Positions 9,243-21,000 of a DNA stretch of 64,000 bases are shown here, in pieces (the stretch's first letter is position 1; each line of letters opens with the position of its first letter). This DNA is from a virus: IMG/VR virus record IMGVR_UViG_3300024264_000013, positions 32,060 through 96,059 of that record; one strand, given 5' to 3'. Made by a program: the position numbers and the translations under genes. The notes below the pieces were generated by a model. That model searched no databases, was not told the origin of the DNA, and saw nothing but the letters and a program-made list of their open reading frames with translations.

Positions 9243-9938
9243 ATGAACAAGACTTTTACAGTAACATATGCAGATGAGCCGTATAAAACGACTACTGCGG
9301 ATGGAAATACGTTTGAATGTACGTATAACGGTCCTAGATGGATTTTAGGACAGGTTGACAGAGATGACGACCAAGTTAGAGAAGCAGGACGTAGTGATGA
9401 ATCAGCAAGTGACCCAGCAGTAGATCCTACAGGATACGAACCTGATGAATATGACTACATCTTATTAGATGCAAATGAAAGCGATGCAATGACTGCTCGT
9501 TGTGCATATATGACAGATGATTATACGCATCCAGATGTTGCTGATTACACAGAAACAGTTACAGATGCTGATGGTACAGAAACTACATTCACTCATGTGT
9601 ACGAAGGTACAACAGGTATGCTTGCACACATTTATATGGGCGATAGTTTGTTATACAATCATGAAACGTCAACTTGGACAGATCCAACTTTACGTACTCA
9701 CAATAATACAAGAGAAGATACGTTAGCAACGTGGGCGGCGCAAGCGGCAGGTATTAGACGTGCTATATCATCAGACGGTGATGCACACAATAATTTAACT
9801 GATGCTGAAAAAACTACACTAGGTAATCATGCTACATGGTTAGAATCAATTCCAGTAAAATACGCAGGTATTAATCATTGGAAAATTCCTTATCCAGATG
9901 CAGTATTACCAAACTTTGTAGATCCAGCAGATCAATAA
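9243..9938 (+). CDS. Acidic hypothetical protein, possible tail-fibre assembly chaperone
   Basis: Follows the Cys-rich pair. The C-terminal helical segment ending WLESIP...WKIPYP resembles fibre-chaperone C-termini (weak). Confidence 0.4.
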   Translation: MNKTFTVTYADEPYKTTTADGNTFECTYNGPRWILGQVDRDDDQVREAGRSDESASDPAVDPTGYEPDEYDYILLDANESDAMTARCAYMTDDYTHPDVADYTETVTDADGTETTFTHVYEGTTGMLAHIYMGDSLLYNHETSTWTDPTLRTHNNTREDTLATWAAQAAGIRRAISSDGDAHNNLTDAEKTTLGNHATWLESIPVKYAGINHWKIPYPDAVLPNFVDPADQ

Positions 9939-9964
9939 AAACTAAAAATTCTATATCCAATCTT

Positions 9965-10015
9965 AATCGGATTCAACAGTATTTTTTATAACTATTGTTG
10001 AGTCCGATTTTTTTT
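9965..10015 (+). terminator. Long-stem intrinsic terminator-like hairpin
   Basis: AATCGGATTCAACAGTA / TATTGTTGAGTCCGATT (17 bp including 2 G-U pairs) followed by a T run. Confidence 0.6.
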
Positions 10016-10031
10016 ATGGAGACAAATATAG

Positions 10032-11000
10032 ATGACTAGAAGTAAAGCATTTTTTCTAAACGGCGGCGCTGGGCGTATGCTGTGTTCAATCCCTGCACTA
10101 GAATTATATGAACAAGAATCAGGTGATAAAGATTTTGTAATAGTATGTGAAGGCGGGACTGACATGTTTAAAGGTCATCCTAAATTACATAAACGTGCTT
10201 ATGATCCTTGGCACAAAAACCTATTTGAAGATATAATAAAACATAGACAAGTAGTTAATCCTGAACCATACCAAGTATGGGAATACTACAATCAAGAATG
10301 TAGTTTAGCACAAGCATTTGACATTATTCTTAATAATAAAGGTGTAAGAAAATTAGAAAAACCTTTTTTAAATTTAAGCAAAGATGAAATGCTAGTTGGT
10401 AGAAAACTAGTTAACGAAGTTAAAGAAAAACTTAAAAAAGATAAAGTGCTAGTATTCCAACCTTTTGGAAGAGGAATTGAAATACTCGATGATACCCCAA
10501 TTGATGTCACTGCACGTAGTTTTGAATTTAAAGATGTTAAAGAACTACTTAAAATTTTAGAAAAAGATTATGCTATTGTTATGATGAGTGAAATGAAAAT
10601 GGAACTTAAAGGCGAAGGTATTAAACAAGAAATAGCAATGCCCGAAGGATTAAGTCTACGACAATGGGCTGGAATGATTAAATTTTGTGATCACTTTTTG
10701 GGTTGCGATAGTGTAGGTCAACATTTATCATATGCTGTTGGTACAGAAACTACAACAGTAATTGGAGCAACTTATCCAGTTAATGTAAGTTATCCAAATA
10801 GTGAAGGTATTAAAATTGTAGATCTTGGAATGACTGAAAGAGTTTATGACCCTATAAGAATAACTCAAGACGAAACAGTTAATAGATCTAATGAAAAACT
10901 TATGCAAATGGATGACCAAATTCGAGATTATGTTATTGGTGTTGTTAAAAGAGAAATTGACCCTGATTCACCCGAAGATGATGTAGCAGAGAAAAAATGA
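10032..11000 (+). CDS. GT-B glycosyltransferase, GT9/heptosyltransferase-like
   Basis: N-terminal NGGAGRMLCSIPAL and C-terminal LRQWAGMIKFCDHFLGCDSVGQHLSYAVG...VIGAT match the GT9 'D-S-x-x-x-H' nucleotide-sugar binding region. Confidence 0.65.
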   Translation: MTRSKAFFLNGGAGRMLCSIPALELYEQESGDKDFVIVCEGGTDMFKGHPKLHKRAYDPWHKNLFEDIIKHRQVVNPEPYQVWEYYNQECSLAQAFDIILNNKGVRKLEKPFLNLSKDEMLVGRKLVNEVKEKLKKDKVLVFQPFGRGIEILDDTPIDVTARSFEFKDVKELLKILEKDYAIVMMSEMKMELKGEGIKQEIAMPEGLSLRQWAGMIKFCDHFLGCDSVGQHLSYAVGTETTTVIGATYPVNVSYPNSEGIKIVDLGMTERVYDPIRITQDETVNRSNEKLMQMDDQIRDYVIGVVKREIDPDSPEDDVAEKK

Positions 11001-11857
11001 GCCGACTCTTTGTATTAGGGTGTTCATTTAGTAATTATGCATGGCCAACTTGGGCAGATATGCTAGGGTTAGAATTTGACAAATTTGAAAACTGGGCATT
11101 TCCAGGCCTAGGCAACAGAGCAATAGCAGAACGTGTTGCAGAAATACATGCAAGAAATCAATTAACAAAAGATGATACTGTAATAATACAATGGACTAGT
11201 CATCTAAGACATGACTGGCATGCTACAGATAATAGACATCAAGACAACGCAGGCTGGAAAACTTCTGGTAGCATATTCAATTATATAAATGAAGAATTAT
11301 ATAACGAAAAATGGATACGAACATTTTGGGATGAAAATAGTTATATGATGCACACATTTAATAATATTTTACTAACACAAAACTTTTTAAATGGTATAGG
11401 ATGCAACTGGCGCATGACTAGTATGGGATATATTAATAAAATGAATAGCGACTACCCAGATGATACACATGGCGAAAAAACTAAAGAAGTAAACATATGG
11501 GAAAGTGCTCCAGGATTAAAAATATACGAAACTATATTTAAAGATAAATCAAAATGGATTACTCCAGTAGGATCTTTTGCATGGACACACGAAACTAAGC
11601 CTTACAAATTTATTTCAGTACAGGATAAATCTGTTTTTACATCAGACAGACATCCTACAATAATTCAGCATAATGATTACTTAAATAAGCATGTTTTGCC
11701 TAGTATAAACAAAAGCCAAAAACAATCAGATAAAGTAAATTTTTGGATAGATACTATTAACAATTTATATGATAACAGTCGTAAAGATTTTAATCAATTT
11801 GTTGGAAATATAAGCAAAAATATTAATGGTTGGAATAACAGTTATAGAGGATTTTAA
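10997..11857 (+). CDS. SGNH/GDSL-like hypothetical protein (possible acyl-transferase/esterase)
   Basis: GCSFS (block I-like), PGLGN (block II-like) and DRHP (block V-like) motifs. Confidence 0.45.
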   Translation: MSRLFVLGCSFSNYAWPTWADMLGLEFDKFENWAFPGLGNRAIAERVAEIHARNQLTKDDTVIIQWTSHLRHDWHATDNRHQDNAGWKTSGSIFNYINEELYNEKWIRTFWDENSYMMHTFNNILLTQNFLNGIGCNWRMTSMGYINKMNSDYPDDTHGEKTKEVNIWESAPGLKIYETIFKDKSKWITPVGSFAWTHETKPYKFISVQDKSVFTSDRHPTIIQHNDYLNKHVLPSINKSQKQSDKVNFWIDTINNLYDNSRKDFNQFVGNISKNINGWNNSYRGF

Positions 11858-11860
11858 ATT

Positions 11861-13666
11861 ATGAGCAAACCAGTTTGGATAGCAGGTATAGCAAGAGGAC
11901 ACAACGCAGGCGTTTGTCTATTAAAGGACGGCGAAGTAGTATTTGCTGTTGAAGAAGAACGTTTAAGTAGACAAAAATATGACGGCGGACCTTTTGCAAC
12001 AATGGTAAAAATACTTGATTACACAGATAAGTTAGATTATCTAGTTGTTGCTCATACACAAAAATTACAAGACTCTGCAGGTACAATTGACTATAGCGGA
12101 GATGATGTGTATACTGGACTAGCACGTAAACTAGGCCTTATTGACAAAAAGTCAAATGCATATACATATGAACATCCACAAGTAATTGATCTTGCTTTTA
12201 TGCACCACAAACTTCATAGTGCTTGTGCATTTTATCGTTCAGGATTTGATAGTGCAGTAAGTGTTATTGTAGACGGAGCAGGAACTTTTGTTCCTATTGG
12301 AGTTAACAATGAACAAGTTATGAGTTGGGAAGTAGAAAGTATTATTGATTGTGCTTATCCTGCAACATTTAATACTTTGCATAAAGTCTACGGAACTAGA
12401 GATCCAATTCAAGGCGGCATTGTACAAATGGACAGTACACAATTTGGTGAGAATGGTCGAACACACTCAGCAGTTGTAAGTGACAGAGCAGGTATTGTAA
12501 AAGCATACGAAGCGGCAACTATGTACTGCGGTTGGCAAAGTATTGAAGCAGGTAAAACTATGGGATTATTTCCATATGGTAAGCCTAATGATAAATTTCC
12601 AAAACTATTTGAAGATACAGCAGATTATCCATTAACAAATAGAAACATTGTAGTACCAAATTATCCTAACGGTGCATTAATCAATGCTGGGCTGTATAAA
12701 GAACTTTCCGAACAACCTAAAGAAAAAGAAAATAGCGATCTTACATTACTACAAAGTAGACGTGATATTGCGTATGCTGTGCAAACAGAAACACAAGAAC
12801 AAGTTACAGATTTAATTAGAAATGCTGTTGAATTATCTGGTAACAAAAACGTTGTTATTAGTGGAGGATACGGATTAAACTGTGTTGCAAATTATCATTA
12901 TTTAGATGCATTAAAAGACGAAGGCATTAAAATTTATGTTGAACCAGTTTCAAATGATGCAGGTACAGCAATGGGTGCCGCAATGATGTTTTGGTATGGG
13001 TTAGAAGATGAAACAGAAAAACGTCAAACACAAACATTATATTTAGGCCCTGCCAATAATTACACATCAGAAGATATTGTTGCAAAATCTAAAGAAGCAA
13101 GTGTAGAATTATCAGATGCTACACACGAAGATGTTGTAGACTTAATTACTAACAAAAATATTGTAACTATTTTCCAAGGTCAAAGTGAAAACGGTCCGAG
13201 AGCGTTAGGTAATAGAAGTGTACTATACGATCCGACAGATCCAAACGGTAAAGACCATGTTAACAAAGTTAAACACAGAGAATACTTTAGACCATTTGCT
13301 GGAACTATTTTACAAGACGATGTACATGAATGGTTTGATCTACGCGGCATGGAAGATAGTCCACATATGATGTATGCTGTAAACTGTCAACCAGGTATTG
13401 AAGAAAAAATTCCTGCTATTATACATGTAGACGGTACATGTAGAATTCAAACAGTTACAAGAGAACAAAATAAACATTACTACGATTTAATTAAAGCATT
13501 TAAAGATAAAACAGGTTGTCCTATTATCTTTAATACTAGTTTTAATTTAGGTGGTGAACCTCTTGTTGAAACACTTGAAGATGCTATTTGGACACTACAA
13601 AATAGTGATATTGAATATCTTTACCTTCCTGAATTTGGAAAACTAATCACTGTTAAAAACGCATAG
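11861..13666 (+). CDS. Carbamoyltransferase (NodU/CmcH/TobZ family)
   Basis: Motifs EEERLSR.K, HH..H, VDGAG, GKTMGL.PYG, SGG..LNCVAN, E.GPRALGNRS, K.RE.FRPFA, HVDGT.R.QTV and NTSFN..GEP. Confidence 0.92.
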   Translation: MSKPVWIAGIARGHNAGVCLLKDGEVVFAVEEERLSRQKYDGGPFATMVKILDYTDKLDYLVVAHTQKLQDSAGTIDYSGDDVYTGLARKLGLIDKKSNAYTYEHPQVIDLAFMHHKLHSACAFYRSGFDSAVSVIVDGAGTFVPIGVNNEQVMSWEVESIIDCAYPATFNTLHKVYGTRDPIQGGIVQMDSTQFGENGRTHSAVVSDRAGIVKAYEAATMYCGWQSIEAGKTMGLFPYGKPNDKFPKLFEDTADYPLTNRNIVVPNYPNGALINAGLYKELSEQPKEKENSDLTLLQSRRDIAYAVQTETQEQVTDLIRNAVELSGNKNVVISGGYGLNCVANYHYLDALKDEGIKIYVEPVSNDAGTAMGAAMMFWYGLEDETEKRQTQTLYLGPANNYTSEDIVAKSKEASVELSDATHEDVVDLITNKNIVTIFQGQSENGPRALGNRSVLYDPTDPNGKDHVNKVKHREYFRPFAGTILQDDVHEWFDLRGMEDSPHMMYAVNCQPGIEEKIPAIIHVDGTCRIQTVTREQNKHYYDLIKAFKDKTGCPIIFNTSFNLGGEPLVETLEDAIWTLQNSDIEYLYLPEFGKLITVKNA

Positions 13667-13686
13667 CGACTTTCTTCAAACTCCGA

Positions 13687-13692
13687 TAAATA
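13687..13692 (+). promoter_or_regulatory. Late promoter core (TAAATA)
   Basis: CGATAAATA in the intergenic gap. Confidence 0.55.
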
Positions 13693-13711
13693 GTATAAAG
13701 CGAGTTTGATT

Positions 13712-14098
13712 ATGGATATATTAAAATACTTTAAAAAAGGCCTAAGAGGCACAGTACTGGTCCAAGGAAGTCATTTTTCCTATGGTGGATCATGGAAATC
13801 AGTAGAAACTTCTCTACCACTAGATAGATGGTATCAAGGTGACTTTGCAAGTGCTGAATATACAATTAGTATCGAACTAGGTAGAGATAAAAAAGAAATT
13901 ATAAAATGTCTATTAACTGCTTCACCAAACGAAGCAAGCGTAGTAGTGTATGGTAGAACTAGCACAACTACTGATTTAGTTAATGTAACTGCACAAGTTA
14001 CTAACTCTTATGTTGAATTAATTTTAACACCAAAAACAGATGCTAATAAAGGTGCTAAAGCATCGTTTAGTGCAACTTATTTTAAGAGTCATACCTAA
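13712..14098 (+). CDS. Hypothetical (likely virion) protein
   Basis: Beta-rich ORF behind a late promoter. ATG at 13712 preferred over TTG at 13706. Confidence 0.55.
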   Translation: MDILKYFKKGLRGTVLVQGSHFSYGGSWKSVETSLPLDRWYQGDFASAEYTISIELGRDKKEIIKCLLTASPNEASVVVYGRTSTTTDLVNVTAQVTNSYVELILTPKTDANKGAKASFSATYFKSHT

Positions 14099-14110
14099 AT
14101 TGTTGTTAGA

Positions 14111-14116
14111 TAAATA
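14111..14116 (+). promoter_or_regulatory. Late promoter core (TAAATA)
   Basis: GATAAATA before the GGAG SD and GTG at 14137. Confidence 0.55.
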
Positions 14117-14136
14117 TATAAAACTGGAGTACTAAA

Positions 14137-15072
14137 GTGGCCGTAGAAGAAAGACAATTTGAATCAGAATTTGGATTTAAAAGTCCAGGATTTACTGTAG
14201 ATAAACTAGGAAATATTACAGCAACATCTATTAATGCCGCAGGCGCCGGTGGCGGTGGATCAGGTGCTACAGGCGACTTTACTGTTACAGCAGATAACGG
14301 AAATTTTAGATTAGCAAGCGAAAGTGTAATTGTTGGTAGCGGTAATAATCCAACAATAACAATGACTCGTGGACAAGAGTATTCCTTTACTTTAAATTTA
14401 AGCGGATCACCTTTATCATTTAATATATTAGATTCTACAGGATTAGTTAGGTATAGTGATGGTCTTCAGCATCAAGCAGAAGATGGTACTATAACCAATG
14501 GAGCCGCGGCACAAGGATTTATTGCCGGTAAAGTTGTGTTTACAGTTCCTTCAGATGCAACTGATACATTATATTACGGTAACACAACAGGCAGTGTTAG
14601 AGGAACAATTAACGTTAGTGATGCTATTGCAGTTGATGCTACTTTTGCTGATTTAACTGTAACTGGAAATACAAGTTTACAAGCACTTACTGCTACATCA
14701 TTTACTTTAAATGGCAACGGCACAGTTACTGGTGATATGACTGTTGAAGGTAAATTAATTGGTGACTCATTAAGTGTTAATGGCCTAGGAGTTGCTGAAT
14801 TTAATGCTGGAACTAATATTGTTTTACGTGCTGGCAACAAAATAGATATTATTATCGATGATGTAATAATAGGAAAAATTGATAGTGCTGGTACAACAAT
14901 GCCAGTGATTAATACAACAGTAAATAACACGCCAATTGGTACAACTACAGCATCAACCGGCGCATTTACATCAGGAACCGTTGCTAGTCAACCGACGACA
15001 GCAAATGGCATAAGTAATAAAAAGTATGTAGACAACACATCGACAGCATTAGCGATTGCACTTGGGGTATAA
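14137..15072 (+). CDS. Virion structural/tail fibre-like protein
   Basis: Thr/Gly-rich. Contains NPTITMTRGQEYSF...FTVP.DA.DTLYY (cupredoxin-like fibre module) and a C-terminal NKKYVD...ALAIALG motif common in phage fibres. Confidence 0.6.
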   Translation: MAVEERQFESEFGFKSPGFTVDKLGNITATSINAAGAGGGGSGATGDFTVTADNGNFRLASESVIVGSGNNPTITMTRGQEYSFTLNLSGSPLSFNILDSTGLVRYSDGLQHQAEDGTITNGAAAQGFIAGKVVFTVPSDATDTLYYGNTTGSVRGTINVSDAIAVDATFADLTVTGNTSLQALTATSFTLNGNGTVTGDMTVEGKLIGDSLSVNGLGVAEFNAGTNIVLRAGNKIDIIIDDVIIGKIDSAGTTMPVINTTVNNTPIGTTTASTGAFTSGTVASQPTTANGISNKKYVDNTSTALAIALGV

Positions 15073-15075
15073 TTA

Positions 15076-18000
15076 ATGGCAAAGAAGAAAATTAATAATT
15101 ATAAGTTTAAACCAGGAATAGGTTATTTAGATAATTTATTTCCAAACGCTTATGCACTTTTAAATACAAACAAAGCATTTTTACAAGCAGAAACTGGACA
15201 GTTTATTACTGAACGAGTAAGTGATGCTACGGCTTTTCAAGCAGATTTAATTGCATTAGTTGATGACTTAGAACAAGAAATGGTTTTAGGAACGACTGCT
15301 ACACAAAGACTATGGGGACAAATTGAAAATAAAAAAGATGTCCAAGTAAAATTAACACGTAAAAGAACATTACAAAGATTAAAAACTGGCCTAGCGGCTT
15401 TAAGTAACGTAACAAGCACATATCAAACTGCAATGGAAAATGCAATTGATGAAATTATTGATATTGCTGATAACGGATTTACTAGTGCTACTGCACTTGT
15501 TACATCAGAGCGCACAGGTGAAGCAATAGGAGATATTGGCCTTGCTGTTGCAAGATTAAAATCTAATCGTGCTTTTATGATTCGTGAAACAAAAGCATTT
15601 ATAGATGATGATACTCCTGGTAATACAATTACTACTGCTAGTGATTTTGAAATAAATCTTGGATTATTAATAGACGGTATTACACAAGACGTATCAACAA
15701 CAGCAAACAATCTAACTAGAACAATTAATACTCAAATTTATGTTAATACAACTCCGTCAGATAGATCATTACTAGGTGATGGTATGACTAGACTTGGAAC
15801 TGTAATTAAACAAGTTGTTGAAGGTAGCACAGTTGTACGCACTACTGGAAATTCGTTATCACAAGACACATCAGGAACAAGTGCTGGTACAGTACTAGGT
15901 GACAGATGTAAAACACATATATTAGATACACAAACAGTTATTGCAAACGGAACTATAGCAAGTTTACCATCCGCTGTATATCCAAATTATAGTGACGAAC
16001 CAGCGGCAGGTTTAGCGGCCGCAACAGATTTAGAAAATAATAAAACTATTGTCTCTACAAATGTAAATGCGTTTTATAATTATACATTTAACCAAGCAAA
16101 ATGTGAAAGAGATACTGGATTAATTTTAAATGCATACTTGTTTGATTTACGCTATGGCGGCAATTTCAAAACTTATGATTATGCAAGCAAATATTGGGAA
16201 GGCGATGTAGCACAAGTTGATGGCACACGTTATCCAGAGTTAGACACTCATAGTTGGCTTACAACATTAATTAGAGATTATGTGTTTGACAAAATAGCAT
16301 ATCCAAAAGAACAATCAGCAACAGCACAAACAGTTACAGGTGACGATGCGGAAACAGGTGCTGACACACCAATTACAGATCTAGGCTCTTTAGTAGTAAC
16401 AACTATCGAAGGTGGATTAAGTGCAAGGCCTACTTTTGTAGATACCGGTGCTGGTTATGTAAAGTTTCCAGGTAACTATGATTCAAGCGACATATTATTA
16501 ATTACTAACACAACAGATAATGAAGTTATATATGCATTCAACGATGTAAATAATGGCGGCTTTACTGAACAACCATCAGAGTTTATTTCAACTAATGGCT
16601 ATGCATATGATGAAGATGAAGACTTTCCAAAATATTTACAAACAACAGATGCCATTACAAAAGTTTATTTTAATAAATCAACAGCATCTCAAATTTCAGA
16701 AGATAAGTTACAAATTTATGTTGACACTGATGAATTAATTGTTAGACCATATGAGTTTGGTACAGATTCAATTGAACGTCAGCGTACTGCTGAACCACAG
16801 TCAATGCTTGATGCTGACTTTGAATATGGACTTCAGCCTACTAAATGGAGTGCTATTGCAACAATGCGTGGTTATCCATCAGTATACGAAGTTCCAGGAA
16901 CTGAAACAAGTGTTATAACAGTTATATCAGATAGTAGTGCTGGAACAGAAGGAGTTGGTAGTTCATTAATTACTGTTACAACAGCAGGTGCTCACGGATT
17001 TGAACTTGGTGATGCTATTACTATTAAAGGATTAAAACAAGACGTACAAGGATACAGCAGAGCAGAAGGTGCATTTATAATAATCTCTGTACCCAATGCA
17101 ATTAGTTTCCAATTTTATGCAAAAGCAAAAGTCGGAACTGGTGGTAATGTTAATATCGAAGCAGAAGCAACACAACTAAGGCAAGCAGGATTTTACACAG
17201 GTGCAAGTATTGGTGTACCAACATTTAGTGTAGAAAGTCAAGGTAGTTCGGGTGTAATTAGGCCAGCATTAACTGTTGATTCCGGCGAAGACGTAATACC
17301 GTTCACAGTTACATCAGGCGCCGCACCAGAAATTGGTGCTCCATTATCAGCATCATCAGGAATTTCACTTGGTACACAGGTTACTGGTAGAGTTGGAACT
17401 GGTGGTATTGCTGTAACTCCAGTTACAACAGCAGACTTTCCTCCAGGAACAACAGAGATTACAGTACAATCTGCAACAGGCATACAACAGAATATGGCCG
17501 CTAACAAAGGTGACGGTACAGTAACACTTGTTAACACAGTTGTAGGAAATACAATTACACTTAATGAAGCAATAACAACCGATTTTTACGGTAACTTAGT
17601 TACGTACACAGCAGTTGAAGGTACTAATATTGTAAGTTTAGGATTTGGTGCGGCATTTAGTATTAGCAGAGCAGGCGGTAATTATTCATTAGTTGAAATT
17701 GTTAATTCAGGACAAGATTACCAAGTTGGTGATGTTTTAGAAATTCAAGGTGAATTTTTAGGTGGTATTACACCAACTCATGATTTAAATATAACAGTTA
17801 ATACTGTTGATACAGGTGGTGAAATATTAACTGTAACACTAGCAGGTAATGCTTTTGACGGAACTGCAACTTTTCCTAATACAAATGGTGAATATCAAAA
17901 CGGTCAAGGTACTGGCGGAACATGGGATATAGGTTATACTTCTAATGTTTTCAACTCAGTTACTCAAGTCAATCCAAGTTTTGTTGCACAAACAGGTCAA

Positions 18001-21000
18001 ACATCAGGCGGTGAAGGTACAGGTGTTTTATTAGATTTTACAATTACTGATAATGTTTATTCAGTAGCAATAGATCCTGTAGATGCAGGAGTAACAGGGT
18101 ATAGTGTTTATGATGTTATTGAAGTATCTGGTACTAATATGGGTGGCTTATCACCTGACAATGATGCCCAAGTTACTATTACATCAGTAGACAGTAATGG
18201 ATTTCCTACAGGTGCATCTGTAACTGGTAATGGTGCAAATGCGGCTAATAACTTTACTAGTGTAACATTTAGTACAAACAATGCTGGTATTGGTGCTAAC
18301 TTAAATATTAATACAGATGGTGCAACATACAATGCAACATTCACAGCACAAGGCACAGGATTTGCCGCACTAGATACTGTTACAGTATTAGGTACACAAG
18401 TAGGTGGATTAAGTCCTGCAAATGATGTTACAATTACAATTGATACTGTTGATACTGGTGGTGAAATTTTAACATTTACAGTATCAGGTACAGCAGTAAA
18501 CACACATTCTTATCCTGGAATAGCAAGTGGAACTAATTTAACTGGTGCAGGTGCTGACTTTGATATTGTTATTAATGGGCTTCTTGAAACATACGGAGTT
18601 ACTGTTGCAAATGCAGGTAGTAACTATGCTCCTAACCAAACAATTACAATTCAAGGTACACAATTAGGTGGAGCATCACCAGATAATGATTTAGTGTTAA
18701 CAATTACTGATGTTGACAATGATAGTACACTAACAGCAGGCGGAGTGTTAACAGTTAGCGTAGCAGGTACTGCACGAAAAGCAACTTCAGGATTTGCAGT
18801 TGCTGACAGATTAAAAATTCAAGGATCTAATTTTCCAGGCGGCGCAGATCCAACAAACGATGCAATTATCGAAATTACAAGTGTTGACGGCACTGGTGGA
18901 ATTACCGGATTTACAACTACTGGTACAGCACCAGACGGACAACAAACATATAATGCTGTAAGCGGTACAGCAAGTGCTTCGGGTACAAGTGCATCCTTTG
19001 ATATAACTAGACAAGGTACGATTTATTCAGCAGTATTTAATTCCCCAGGAGCAAACTTCGTTGCTACAGAAACAATTACATTTTTAGGTACTGACTTAGG
19101 CGGGGCTTCACCAGCAAACGATTGTACAATTACAGTTGACACTGTAGACGGTAGTGGAACTATTTTAACATTTACAGTAACAGGTACTGCGGCTAATTCC
19201 GGAGAATTACTTGGACAAAGCGCAGGCAATGTACTTGGTAGTGGAGCAACATTTAACGTTTCATTATCAGGCGGTAGTTATACTACAGCAGTTGCAGGTG
19301 GTGGCCAAGATTATTATCCAAGTCAGACATTTAAAATTCTAGGTAACACTTTAGCAGGTGCAACTCCAACTAACGACTTAACAGTTACTATATCAACAGT
19401 AGATGCTTCAGGAGCCATAACTGCAATTAGTTCATCAGGTTCAGCAAGTACTGATGTTGGATCATTTGCTAATGTAACTGCAACCGTAGCAGGTGCAACA
19501 GGTAATGGTGCAAGTTTTGATATTTTAAGAGACGGCACAAGTGCTGATAGTACTATTGGTACATACACAGTAAGTCAGAATGCTGGCGGTGGCAACTATA
19601 ATCCAAGTGATAAAATTAAAATTGGTGGCGAAAATTTAGGCGGTCAAGCCGCATCAAATGATATTATTGTAGTTGTAGATACTGTTGATAGTTCGGGTGC
19701 TGTATTAACATTTACAGCAACTGGTGAAGCCTTTGCAGGAACGTCATTTGATCTTTACAGTACTGTAACAGTTGATACACCAACTATTGCACAACTTGCA
19801 ACTACATTAGATATTAGTTTTAGTGCATTAGGTACTTTAAGAATTAACTTTGATTCAGCACATGGATTAGTTCCAGGTGATACATTTATTACAACAGTTG
19901 ATTCAGATGACGGAAGTAACAATCATGATTTAGCGGCAGGATCATTTATTGCAACTACTATACCAAGTCCGACAGCACTTACATTTACTGCTAGAGCGGC
20001 AGGAGCAATTGATGCGGTAGGTGATAATATTAACGGTACAGTTTATCCAAGACCAGACAGTTTCTTTATACACAGACCATTTGATGGCGGTGTACAATTA
20101 GGAACAGGCGGTCCGCAACACGGCGCACAAGCAATACGTCAAAGTAAAAAATATATTAGATATCAGTCAGGTAAAGGTATTATGTATACTACTGGTGCGT
20201 TGTTTGCACCAAGTTACGACTTGCGTACATGTACAGCAGATGGCGTAGAAGTAGGATCAGTAATTACTGTAACATGTGATGATAACGATCACGGTTTGCA
20301 AATTGGTGCAAAAATAAAACTAATTGGTATTGAAACAGTAGGATACAACGGAACATATACTGTAAATGATGTTATTGACGAACGTACATTTCAAGTTATA
20401 AACACATTAAACAGACTAGGTGGCACATCAGCAGTGCTAAGTTTTGGTGCTCAAATGTCAACATTCCAGTGGCATGGTGCTACTGTACGTTCAGGGGTGT
20501 TTGATGATCAAAACGGAATTTATTGGGAATATGACGGTGTTAATTTACAATGTTGTCAGCGTACTTCAACTAAGCAAATTTCAGGTACAGCAAACATTTT
20601 ACCAGATAATAACACAGTTACAGGTACAAACACTAGATTTAGAGATCAACTTAAAGCAGGCGATAGAATTGTTATTAGAGGAATGACTCATGTTATTAGC
20701 GGTATTGCAACACAAACGTCAATGACAGTTACACCAGACTATCGTGGAGTAAATGCGGCAGTAGGTACTAAGGTATGTTTAGTTTCTGATAAAAAAATTA
20801 GACAACAAGATTGGAACTTAGATAGAATGGACGGCACTGGTCCAAGTGGATACAACTTTGACCCTGCTAAGATGCAGATGATCGGGATTGAATATTCATG
20901 GTATGGTGCTGGTTTTATTGATTATATGGTACGTGGCGCCGACGGTAACTTTGTATACGGACATAGAATTAGAAACTCTAACGTAAACACAGAAGCATAT

